A stretch of 64,000 nucleotides of DNA from Gammaproteobacteria bacterium (GCA_965238225.1 OZ250183.1:1408001-1472000); one strand, 5' to 3'; shown: positions 19,122 through 29,577, counted from the first letter of the stretch. Made by a program: numbers and translations. Notes: a model not told the origin generated them from the letters alone.

Positions 19122-21346
19122 TTGATAGGGGTTGTGTCATTGCTGGTCAGTGTATTGACTGTAGGGGTAACAGGGGCTGTGTTGTCTACGGTAATGGCAG
19201 TAGATGTAGGTGTTATTACATTGCCTGCAAAGTCTGTGCCTTGGCTTAGTGTGAATGTTTGTGTGCCATCACCTGAGCCGACTTCCCAAAGATAGTAAGT
19301 GCGTCGATAGGAATCTTGTATCATTCTGCTTGTAGCGATGGTGTTTGCCCCTGTGCCTGTGATCTGCATGGGAGGGTCTCTTGTGATGTCCTCATTGAAG
19401 GTAGCAATAACAATCATGTTATCTCCTTGTTTTACTTGGGTGACAACAACAGCAGTGCCGTTAATGTGTTTGTAATAAATGAATGTAGCGGTAGGGGCTG
19501 TGGTATCTATGGTAAGTTCGTTTGATGTAGTATCTGTGCTGACATTGCCTGCTGTGTCTGTGGCTGTTGCAGTGACGTTATAGGTGCCACCAGTAAGTGG
19601 TGTATTGGCTGTAAAAGACCATGTGCCATCTGTAGCAACAGTGGGTGTGTAGCTTGTGCCATCTAACGCTACAGAAAAGGTTTCGCTTAAGCTAAGTGCT
19701 GTGCTTGTGCCTATTGTGCCTGTGATTTCAGGGGTTGTGTCATTGCTGGTTAGTGTATTGACTGTAGGGGTAGCAGGGGCTGTGGTGTCTACGGTCAGTT
19801 CGTTTGATGTAGTATCTGTGCTGACATTGCCTGCTGTGTCTGTGACTGTTGCAGTGATGTCGTAAGTGTCATCAGCAAGTGTATTGACTGTAAAAGACCA
19901 TGTGCCATCTGTAGCAACAGTAGGTGTATAGGTTTCACCATTTAAGGCAACAGAGAGTGTCTCACCTGTAAGAAGTGTGCTACCTGTGCCTATTGTGCCT
20001 GTGATTTGTGGTGTTGGGTCATTGCTGGTTAGTGTATTGACTGTAGGGGTAACAGGGGCTGTGTTGTCTACGGTAATGGCAGTAGATGTAGATGCCATTA
20101 CATTGCCTGCTAAGTCTGTGCCGCCGCTTAGTGTGAATGTTTGTGTGCCATCACCTGAGCCGACTTCCCAAAGATAGTAAGTGTGTCGATAGGAATCTTG
20201 TATCATCCTGCTTGTAGCGATGGTGTTTGCCCCTGTGCCTGTGATCTGCATGGGAGGGTCTCTTGCGATGTCCTCATTGAAAGTGACATCGACAATCATG
20301 TTATCTCCTTGTTTTACTTGGGTGACAACAACAGCAGTGCCGTTAATGTGTTTGTAATAAATGAATGTAGCGGTAGGGGCTGTGGTATCTATGGTAAGTT
20401 CGTTTGATGTAGTGTCTGTGCTGACATTGCCTGCTGTGTCTGTGGCTGTTGCAATGACGTTATAGGTGCCATCAGCAAGTGGTGTATTGGCTGTAAAAGA
20501 CCATGTGCCATCTGTAGCAACAGTGGGTGTATAGGTTTCACCATTTAAGGCAACAGAGAGTGTCTCACCTGTAAGTAGTGTGCTACCTGTGCCTATTGTG
20601 CCTGTGATTTCAGGGGTTGTGTCATTGCTGGTTAGTGTATTGACTGTAGGGGTAATAGGGGCTGTGGTGTCTATTATAAGTTCGTTTGATGTAGTGTCTG
20701 TACTTACATTGCCTGCTGTGTCTGTGGCTGTTGCAGTGATGTCGTAAGTACCATCAGCAAGTGTATTGGCTGTAAAAGACCATGTGCCATCTGTAGCAAC
20801 AGTAGGTGTATAGGTTTCACCATTTAAGGTAATAGAGAGTGTCTCACCTGTAAGAAGTGTGCTACCTGTGCCTGTTGTGCCTGTGATGACAGGGGTTGTG
20901 TCATTGCTGGTTTGTGTATTAATCGTGGGTGTAGTAACAGGGGTTATGCCTATCACTGTAATGGTGTTAGACGTGGTTTCGACAGTGTCCGTGCCTTGGT
21001 GGGTTAAAGTAAATGTTTGTATGCCAACAGCATCATCGTTGATGATCCATGAATAGTAATAGATCTCTCCGAACACTACACTAGAGTATCTCGTCATACT
21101 GGTTGCAGGAAAGCTATGTGCACCAGTACCCGTGATTTCTATGCTAGGATTATCTGCCCATACTATTCCTCCAAGGTCTGTGGCGATGATAAATACATTA
21201 TTCCCTGCTTCTACTTGAGTAACAGTCCGACCATTCATCAAATAAATGAGTGTAGCTTCGGGTGCTGCCTGTGCTACCTGTGCAGAAAATCCTGCAAGGA
21301 AAAAGACCAGTATGAGACGTTTTAGTAGATTAGCTTTGCCTAACAT
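19106..21346 (-). CDS. Giant Ig-like repeat protein, N-terminal segment with signal peptide
   Basis: MLGKANLLKRLILVFFLAGFSAQVAQA is near-identical to the start of 6057..10853; frame lost at NDTTPI due to 2 extra nt at ~19122. Confidence 0.85.
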   Translation of the reverse strand: MLGKANLLKRLILVFFLAGFSAQVAQAAPEATLIYLMNGRTVTQVEAGNNVFIIATDLGGIVWADNPSIEITGTGAHSFPATSMTRYSSVVFGEIYYYSWIINDDAVGIQTFTLTHQGTDTVETTSNTITVIGITPVTTPTINTQTSNDTTPVITGTTGTGSTLLTGETLSITLNGETYTPTVATDGTWSFTANTLADGTYDITATATDTAGNVSTDTTSNELIIDTTAPITPTVNTLTSNDTTPEITGTIGTGSTLLTGETLSVALNGETYTPTVATDGTWSFTANTPLADGTYNVIATATDTAGNVSTDTTSNELTIDTTAPTATFIYYKHINGTAVVVTQVKQGDNMIVDVTFNEDIARDPPMQITGTGANTIATSRMIQDSYRHTYYLWEVGSGDGTQTFTLSGGTDLAGNVMASTSTAITVDNTAPVTPTVNTLTSNDPTPQITGTIGTGSTLLTGETLSVALNGETYTPTVATDGTWSFTVNTLADDTYDITATVTDTAGNVSTDTTSNELTVDTTAPATPTVNTLTSNDTTPEITGTIGTSTALSLSETFSVALDGTSYTPTVATDGTWSFTANTPLTGGTYNVTATATDTAGNVSTDTTSNELTIDTTAPTATFIYYKHINGTAVVVTQVKQGDNMIVIATFNEDITRDPPMQITGTGANTIATSRMIQDSYRRTYYLWEVGSGDGTQTFTLSQGTDFAGNVITPTSTAITVDNTAPVTPTVNTLTSNDTTPIKSQAQ

Positions 21347-21430
21347 AACGTTAATATTCCGTCATCTGTTTGCGTTATATTTACACCTAAATTTATACCA
21401 CTTATATCTAACATAGTATAACTACACCTT

Positions 21431-21973
21431 AAAACCTTAGCCTGTCTTTATGCAAGCAGAATGCAAGCAAATAGTAATGATTAAATCCTATTACCAATAA
21501 CCATATTGACTCCTGAACTATAACAACTATACAACTATACAACTATACAACTATATACAACTATATAACTATATTGACTCTGACTGCCTGAACCGATACA
21601 GGTTCAATAACATCTAAAATATAGAACATCTAAAATATAGCTTTAAATCTTGTTTTATTCCCCTAAGTCCTACTCTAGATTATTATTATTATACGAGAAC
21701 CTGAGAATACCAAAGTGCTGATTGGCAGCGTCGGTGATGTTGATTCGAATATACCGAACTCCTGTTGGATCATTCTTGATGAGTACATCACTGGTAGACT
21801 GCTTGGTAGTCAGTGTTTGCGTTTCAGAAACCGAAGATTGCCCGTATCCACCTTGGTACATAGTCTGAGCAGTCCAGTTTGTGCCATCTGCTGATGTCTG
21901 GATCTGATAAGTAATATTTTGCCTGGTGTAGTTTGGGCTGCCATCTGCATTCGCTCGACCAAAAGCAAGTCCT
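21431..21973. repeat. Direct repeat copy 1 (intergenic block with short CAACTATA array plus 3' end of the CBM32 domain)
   Basis: 21431..21663 matches 24169..24878 apart from array length; 21682..21973 matches 24931..25222 with 2 substitutions seen. Confidence 0.9.
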
Positions 21974-24063
21974 ATCCTATTTAGAGTGATTGGATTTTCC
22001 ACGTCTATTTGCCACCAAGCCGAATTAGTGCCACTGCCTGCATCCCAGTAGGTAGATCGATAACCATCAATTGCGCCACATGCTGTGGATGAGTTTATGG
22101 ATGCGCTGGCGGTTTTACCAATAGCCAGCCCTTTAATTGGCACAGCTACAGACTCAAGTTCCTCAGGCAAACTGGCAATAATACTGCTGATGGTTCTAGG
22201 GGCAGTAATACTGCTCTGTTGACCCGCATTGGCTACCAGAGCCTCGGGCATATCTGCTAGGGTGCCACTGCCATTGCTATAAATTATGTTGTTGTCTCCT
22301 TGGGTGACATTACACCCATTACAAAAATATCCGCTCAGGCGACCATAGTAATTTGAGGAGATATTATAGACACCGTTTGAATCGAACTGTGCCCCGCGAG
22401 TGCCGTTATCCATGTAGATTCCAAGAGTCATCCTAGTCCCTGATGACGGGAGTTTGCCATCGTGAATCAAATTGGACAGGATTCTCATTTTAGGAGATGC
22501 GCCCAGATTGTAAATGCCGGCGGTATCTCCAAGTTTCTGTGTATAATTATAAATCCTGTTATGGAGAATCAGATTGTCTCGTACAACCGTCGCTGAATTG
22601 TAGGCCTTACCCGTATTGTCCGTAATAAAATTGAAATTATTTACATCATAACGACCCCAGCCCCAGCCGATTGAGATCCCACCAGCAGGCAGATTATGGA
22701 TAGTATTGTTAATGATGACCGTTCGTTCGGTGTAATTCACCTTTAACCCTACTGCATCGTAATATTCTACGCCTACATTATGGATCAGATTATTATCTAT
22801 CAGATTGTCTTTCACTGCCTTGTCTCGGGGGATATGGTGATCCTGCAGGTTACCAATAACCACGGAAGAAGCCGATATATCGGTGAAGGTGTTATTGAAG
22901 ACAGTATTGTATTGAGATGATCTACCCAAACGTAAGCCATTGGCACCTAGGTGTTTGAAGGTATTATCTTCAAACAACAAATAGGATGATTTTTCAAAAT
23001 GTACATTGCCTGGTGTTTCTTCCAAGCCATCGAAAGCATCTTCGATGGTAATATAATCAGGGTCTGTCAAGACAGCACCGGATTGAATGCTGACATAGCC
23101 TTTCGGTGAGCTGGGGAGCAGCCAAGTCGCATAAGAAAACTGTAAGCCTTCAAAGGTGATATCTCGCACACCGATACCATTCACCAGTTTCTCCAGCCTT
23201 GGCAGCACAACCGATACGGCATTTGCACCGGTCATCGATTCACCGCTGCGCGGTTTGTAGTAAAGTGTGTCTGTACTGCGATTGAGATACCATTCTCCTG
23301 CGACATTCAGTTCCTCAAAGACATTTTCCACCCAGGCTGGGTTTACTCCATAAGTCCAGCTGGGAGCTGCGCCTACATTGCCAAAAGGACCCAACTTAGC
23401 CAGCGCCCAATGTTCATCTGTAACTGTTGCCACGCCTCCTGATATAGACTTGATCAGTCCACGATCCATTTTCCAGTTGTGCAGTATTACCAATTCAATA
23501 TCACTTTGATTGGCCCAGTTAGCCGTCCCCGCAGGTGCTCCATATTCACCAGTGCCTCTGTCTTTGTAGTACCACCCACCACCACCGCCAGTTCTGGCGC
23601 GCGTAGCACGCTTACCATTAACATAAAGCTGGCGGGCATGGGACTCCGAAGACACGGATGCCTGCCAGATACCATCATTGTCGGGGTCTGTCCAAGCAGT
23701 GATCACACTGCCGCCACTGATAATTACTTGCCCTGGATTTTGAGCCTTATATATGACCTTATAGCCGTCTTTTCCTGAATCTAGGGAAGTCAGACTAAAA
23801 GTCTTTGACAATTCATAGGTGCCATCCTGCAAAATAACATACACGTCACCGCTGAAACTGTCGGTTTGTCGACCATCACGAATGTAATCTCGAGCTTTCT
23901 CCAGTGTCTTCCAAGGCGAAGCACTGGTACCCGTATTTGAATCACTGCCAGACGGCGCAAGGTAGAGGGTTGTTTCTGCCATTGAGGCTGTACTGAATAA
24001 TACGCAAACAGTGCACAATGCACAAACAACACTGACTGGAGATGCCTTATTCCAACTAGTCAT
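21670..24063 (-). CDS. Secreted right-handed parallel beta-helix carbohydrate-active protein (GH141-like) with C-terminal F5/8 type C (CBM32) domain
   Basis: Signal peptide; YLAPSGSDSNTGTSASPWKTLEKAR...ILQDGTY...DSG...VIYKA...ISGG N-terminal motif; Asn-ladder beta-helix repeats; AIDG...TYW...WWQID...YQIQTSADGTNW...RYIRINI discoidin motif. Confidence 0.7.
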   Translation of the reverse strand: MTSWNKASPVSVVCALCTVCVLFSTASMAETTLYLAPSGSDSNTGTSASPWKTLEKARDYIRDGRQTDSFSGDVYVILQDGTYELSKTFSLTSLDSGKDGYKVIYKAQNPGQVIISGGSVITAWTDPDNDGIWQASVSSESHARQLYVNGKRATRARTGGGGGWYYKDRGTGEYGAPAGTANWANQSDIELVILHNWKMDRGLIKSISGGVATVTDEHWALAKLGPFGNVGAAPSWTYGVNPAWVENVFEELNVAGEWYLNRSTDTLYYKPRSGESMTGANAVSVVLPRLEKLVNGIGVRDITFEGLQFSYATWLLPSSPKGYVSIQSGAVLTDPDYITIEDAFDGLEETPGNVHFEKSSYLLFEDNTFKHLGANGLRLGRSSQYNTVFNNTFTDISASSVVIGNLQDHHIPRDKAVKDNLIDNNLIHNVGVEYYDAVGLKVNYTERTVIINNTIHNLPAGGISIGWGWGRYDVNNFNFITDNTGKAYNSATVVRDNLILHNRIYNYTQKLGDTAGIYNLGASPKMRILSNLIHDGKLPSSGTRMTLGIYMDNGTRGAQFDSNGVYNISSNYYGRLSGYFCNGCNVTQGDNNIIYSNGSGTLADMPEALVANAGQQSSITAPRTISSIIASLPEELESVAVPIKGLAIGKTASASINSSTACGAIDGYRSTYWDAGSGTNSAWWQIDVENPITLNRIGLAFGRANADGSPNYTRQNITYQIQTSADGTNWTAQTMYQGGYGQSSVSETQTLTTKQSTSDVLIKNDPTGVRYIRINITDAANQHFGILRFSYNNNNLE

Positions 24064-24168
24064 GAGAAATACCTCTGTCTTTGAACTTACCTTAAAACCT
24101 TAGCCCTTACATGTTTTATATTGTATTGCCTATATAAACAGCAATACCTACATAAACAACCAACTGCA

Positions 24169-25222
24169 AAAACCTTAGCCTGTCTTTATGCAAGCAAAAT
24201 GCAAGCAAATAGTAATGATTAAATCCTATTACCAATAACCATATTGACTCCTGAACTATACAACTATACAACTATACAACTATACAACTATACAACTATA
24301 CAACTATAAACTACAATATACAACTATACAATATACAACTATACAACTATACAACTATACAACTATACAACTATACAACTATACAACTATACAACTATAC
24401 AACTATACAACTATACAACTATACAACTATACAACTATACAACTATACAACTATACAACTATACAACTATACAACTATACAACTATACAACTATACAACT
24501 ATACAACTATACAACTATACAACTATACAACTATACAACTATACAACTATACAACTATACAACTATACAACTATACAACTATACAACTATACAACTATAT
24601 ACAACTATACAACTATACAACTATACAACTATACAACTATACAACTATACAACTATACAACTATACAACTATACAACTATACAACTATACAACTATACAA
24701 CTATACAACTATACAACTATACAACTATACAACTATACAACTATACAACTATACAACTATACAACTATACAACTATACAACTATACAACTGACTCTGACT
24801 GCCTGAACCGATACAGGTTCAATAACATCTAAAATATAGAACATCTAAAATATAGCTTTAAATCTTGTTTTATTCCCCAGATCCTACTCTACGCCTGAAC
24901 CATTTAACTTACAACACCCATCAATCAACCATTATTATTATACGAGAACCTGAGAATACCAAAGTGCTGATTGGCAGCGTCGGTGATGTTGACTCGAATA
25001 TACCGAACTCCTGTTGGATTATTCTTGATGAGTACATCACTGGTAGACTGCTTGGTAGTCAGTGTTTGCGTTTCAGAAACCGAAGATTGCCCGTATCCAC
25101 CTTGGTACATAGTCTGAGCAGTCCAGTTTGTGCCATCTGCTGATGTCTGGATCTGATAAGTAATATTTTGCCTGGTGTAGTTTGGGCTGCCATCTGCATT
25201 CGCTCGACCAAAAGCAAGTCCT
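24169..25222. repeat. Direct repeat copy 2 (with the expanded microsatellite)
   Basis: Homologous to 21431..21973. Confidence 0.9.
24254..24790. repeat. Microsatellite (CAACTATA)n, about 67 units
   Basis: ~537 bp of an almost pure 8-mer, irregular only near 24300-24335 and ~24598. Confidence 0.97.
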
Positions 25223-25491
25223 GCAGTGCCTGTGATGACAGGGGTTGTTGCAACGACTTGAAGAACGCCTACTTGCGCACTCCATGTGTTTCCACTAACA
25301 ACAGGTGTATTGGTAGCAACACCGTTTACCGTTACAGAGTCTAGTGTCTCGCTGGCAGTAATAAGTGTGCCTGTGATTGTTGGTGTTGTATCGTTGGTCG
25401 TTAGTTTATCCACCGTGACAGCATGTGCCGCCTGCGTAAACAAAACTGCAGACACTACAACCAGCACTAAACGTTTCAGTAATTTCGTCAT
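24925..25491 (-). CDS. Chimeric 188-aa mini-gene: Ig-family signal peptide and N-terminus fused to the C-terminal part of the neighbouring CBM32 domain (possible pseudogene)
   Basis: MTKLLKRL...TQAAHA-VTVDKLTTNDTTPTITGT resembles the starts of the Ig genes; from GLAFGRANADG onward it is nearly identical to the end of 21670..24063. Confidence 0.75.
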   Translation of the reverse strand: MTKLLKRLVLVVVSAVLFTQAAHAVTVDKLTTNDTTPTITGTLITASETLDSVTVNGVATNTPVVSGNTWSAQVGVLQVVATTPVITGTAGLAFGRANADGSPNYTRQNITYQIQTSADGTNWTAQTMYQGGYGQSSVSETQTLTTKQSTSDVLIKNNPTGVRYIRVNITDAANQHFGILRFSYNNNG

Positions 25492-25803
25492 ACAGTATAA
25501 AGTCCTCTTCTTATACAGTTATATGTTACCTTCATACAAGATATGTAAATATAAAATATTCTCAAAGGTCTTGTAATTGTTCTGTCGTTTGCTTCTTAAG
25601 CCAATTATTCTGAAGTATAGCCTTTTAGTATCGTTTGAATGGTAATAGTTCCAAAAATATTGATGAAAAATCCAAAAAATTTAATGAAAAGAACATCTTA
25701 CAGCTGGCCAAACAGGTCTCCGAGTTCAGGCTTATTATTCTCGTGAATTTAACTTGTAAATTTCATTTAATCATTTTTAAGGGTATGTTAATGAGGGGCT
25801 TGC

Positions 25804-27945
25804 TTAAACTAACTCAAAATCAATTTTTTTATCATCTAAACTGACGTTCATTACCTTGACTTTTGCCCTATTTCCCAAGCAATAATTTTTTCCTGTGCGC
25901 TCTCCGGTGAGCCTGTGTCCGATGGGGTCAAAATGGTAATAATCTTCAGGTAATTCTGTAATATGAATAAGTCCTTCAACATAAGTGCTGTCTAACTCAA
26001 CAAATAATCCAAATGAAGTCACGCCACTGATTGTGCCCTCGTAGCACGAGCCCACTTTGCCTTGCATGAATTCACATTTATACCATTGAATCACATCTCT
26101 ACTGGCTTCTTCAGCGCGCCTGTCCGTTGCAGAACAATGTTTCGCAATACTGCGCATGTCTTTATTTGAATAAATAAAATCTGTTGTATTTTTATTGTGA
26201 ATCAAATGTCGAATTGCTCTATGTATTATTAAATCTGGATAACGCCTGATGGGGGATGTGAAATGTGTATAGGCTGGAAATGATAATCCGAAATGACCCT
26301 CGTTTTTCTCACTGTAAATGGCTAGCTGCATACTACGCAATAATACTGTTTCGATTAAATGCGCATCTTCCCTGTCTTTTACCTTATTGATAAGGTTAGC
26401 ATACTCTTTCGCAGTAGGCTGTGCAGTGCTTTCCAGACTCAGACCCAATTGACTAAGAAACCCATGCAATGCTTCTAGTTTTTCTGCCTTGGGTGTTTCA
26501 TGCACTCTGTAAATGCAAGGAATTTTATGCTTTAAAAGAAATTCTGCTGCTGCAATATTTGCTGCTAACATAAATTCTTCAATCAGACGATGGGCATCAT
26601 TTCTTTCAAGCGCATATATAGAAGACACAGTATGCTCATCAGTAAACTCAAAACAGGGTTCAACTGATCTAAAATCAAGAACGCCGTTCTTTTCTCTGTG
26701 TTTGTTTAATGATTTGTATAAATCATAGAGATTCTCTAAGTGCGGAATACATTTTTTATATTGCTTGCGTAGTTGTTTGTCTTGATTTATTAAGATGTTG
26801 GCGACTTTGGTGTAAGTGAGTCTTTCTGCGGACTGCATAACGCCCTCAAAGAAACGATAACGTGTGACCTTGCCCTGCTTATTAACATGAAGCTCGCAGG
26901 CAAGACATAATCGATCTATTTTTGGGTTCAAGGAACACAATTCATTGGAAAGTATTTCAGGCAGCATAGGAACTACATGCTTAGGAAAATAAGTAGAATT
27001 TCCACGATTTAATGCTTCATCATCCATAGCCATGCCCGGACGCACATAGTGAGATACATCTGCAATCGCGACTAATAAACGCCACCCAGAGTTTTGCCGT
27101 TCGCAAAAGACGGCATCATCAAAATCTTGTGCGTCTTCACCGTCAATAGTGAGCAATGGTAGATTTCGTATGTCTTCTCTGCTGCCTAAAGCATCAGCAG
27201 CAACTATATTCGTAAACTTGGCAGTTTCCGTCAACACTTTATTTGGCCATTCATTGGGGATTTCGTGCGATCTAATAGCAATCTCAACAGCCATTCCTGC
27301 TTCTGAATGTTCGCCTAAAATTTCTACGATTTTTCCTACAGGCTGGGTATGTTTATCAGGTTGTTTGGTAATATCTACTACCACATATTGTCCTGTTTTT
27401 GCTTGCCGTGCTGTTGGTTTAGGAATCAAGATATCTTGATGAATACGTTTGTTTTGAGGCACTACAAAAGCAACGCCATGTTCTTCAAAAAAACGTCCGA
27501 CGATGGACTGGTTTGCACGTTGCAAAATTTCAACCATAGCGCCTTCTTTGCGACCACGTTTGTCGATGCCAATAAGGCGCGCAATAATTCTGTCGCCATG
27601 CAATAAACCCTGCATTTGTCGAGGCGATAAATAAAAATCATCCGCTTCATCTTCAATATTGAGAAACCCATAGCCTTTGCTATGACCAATCACCGTGCCT
27701 TGATATAAGTCCATTTTATGCACTAAGCCATAAGCTCCACGACGATTAAGGACGATTTGACCATCACGCTGCATGGCTTTAATGCGTCGCAATAGTGCTT
27801 GTCGTGCCTCGCTGCCATTAACGCCCAAGGCATCTGCAATCTTTTTTAATGTTCTGGGTCGGTTACATTCTGTGAGGTGAGTAAGTATCTCTTGCCGTTT
27901 CGGCAAACTAATTTTGTAAGTATTTTTTTTATAATCTGATTTCAT
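25804..27945 (-). CDS. rnr: Ribonuclease R
   Basis: HTH, cold-shock, RNB (TIDGEDAQDFDDA; YTHFTSPIRRYPDL) and S1 domains; start moved to ATG 27945 because the longer ORF overlaps the tRNA. Confidence 0.95.
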   Translation of the reverse strand: MKSDYKKNTYKISLPKRQEILTHLTECNRPRTLKKIADALGVNGSEARQALLRRIKAMQRDGQIVLNRRGAYGLVHKMDLYQGTVIGHSKGYGFLNIEDEADDFYLSPRQMQGLLHGDRIIARLIGIDKRGRKEGAMVEILQRANQSIVGRFFEEHGVAFVVPQNKRIHQDILIPKPTARQAKTGQYVVVDITKQPDKHTQPVGKIVEILGEHSEAGMAVEIAIRSHEIPNEWPNKVLTETAKFTNIVAADALGSREDIRNLPLLTIDGEDAQDFDDAVFCERQNSGWRLLVAIADVSHYVRPGMAMDDEALNRGNSTYFPKHVVPMLPEILSNELCSLNPKIDRLCLACELHVNKQGKVTRYRFFEGVMQSAERLTYTKVANILINQDKQLRKQYKKCIPHLENLYDLYKSLNKHREKNGVLDFRSVEPCFEFTDEHTVSSIYALERNDAHRLIEEFMLAANIAAAEFLLKHKIPCIYRVHETPKAEKLEALHGFLSQLGLSLESTAQPTAKEYANLINKVKDREDAHLIETVLLRSMQLAIYSEKNEGHFGLSFPAYTHFTSPIRRYPDLIIHRAIRHLIHNKNTTDFIYSNKDMRSIAKHCSATDRRAEEASRDVIQWYKCEFMQGKVGSCYEGTISGVTSFGLFVELDSTYVEGLIHITELPEDYYHFDPIGHRLTGERTGKNYCLGNRAKVKVMNVSLDDKKIDFELV

Positions 27946-27974
27946 TGACAAGCTTTCTATGGTTATATTAGAAT
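27945..27974 (+). promoter_or_regulatory. Sigma70 promoter for tRNA-Leu
   Basis: TTGACA-18 nt-TAGAAT followed by a GC-rich discriminator CCACCGC, 30 nt upstream of the tRNA. Confidence 0.7.
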
Positions 27975-28004
27975 CCACCGCTTTTTCTAAACATAACACT
28001 TCAT

Positions 28005-28091
28005 GCCGAGGTGGCGGAATTGGTAGACGCGCCAGCTTCAGGTGCTGGTATGGGTAACCATGTGGAGGTTCAAGTCCTCTTCTCGGCACCA
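28005..28091 (+). tRNA. tRNA-Leu (CAG)
   Basis: GCCGAGG/TCTCGGC acceptor stem; D-loop GGAATTGGTAGAC; anticodon arm CCAGC-TTCAGGT-GCTGG; long variable arm; GGTTCAAGTCC T-arm; encoded CCA. Confidence 0.97.
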
Positions 28092-28231
28092 TTTAATTGC
28101 TTTGTTTAATTGCTTTGTTAGATTCGGCTGCATTTATTTAATTCCATTATATCTGATTCCGCCGGGTTTAATTTTCATAAAATTAACGCTCAAACGAGAA
28201 AAATCAGGGGCTATGATTAGAAATCCGCTGA

Positions 28232-29536
<1,305 letters not shown>

Positions 29537-29577
29537 TTAAAGTAGTGCGATTAGTCTTGGAATGATTGGTGGTGATT

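Noticed and set aside
434-21325. Dozens of plus-strand 60-150 aa ORFs, including 11 near-identical MPSNATERVS ORFs
   Set aside because: Antisense shadows of the Thr/Val-rich repeat genes; they recur with the repeat period and have no independent features.
6057-21346. Diversity-generating retroelement as the source of module variation
   Set aside because: No reverse transcriptase or non-coding template repeat in the window; differences include indels and block swaps rather than adenine-only changes.
21450-21470. Sigma54 promoter (TTGCAT-N5-TTGCA on the minus strand, also at ~24190)
   Set aside because: Spacing fits but the invariant GG at -24 is absent.
24254-24790. CRISPR array or coding repeat
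   Set aside because: Pure 8-mer without spacers; the minus strand hits TAG regularly in all frames and no start or gene context supports the plus strand.
27946-28092. 49-aa N-terminal extension of RNase R in the ORF track
   Set aside because: It is the antisense reading of tRNA-Leu and its promoter.
25492-28231. tRNA-Leu as the integration site of the adhesin region
   Set aside because: rnr lies between the tRNA and the array; no integrase and no duplicated tRNA 3' end were seen.
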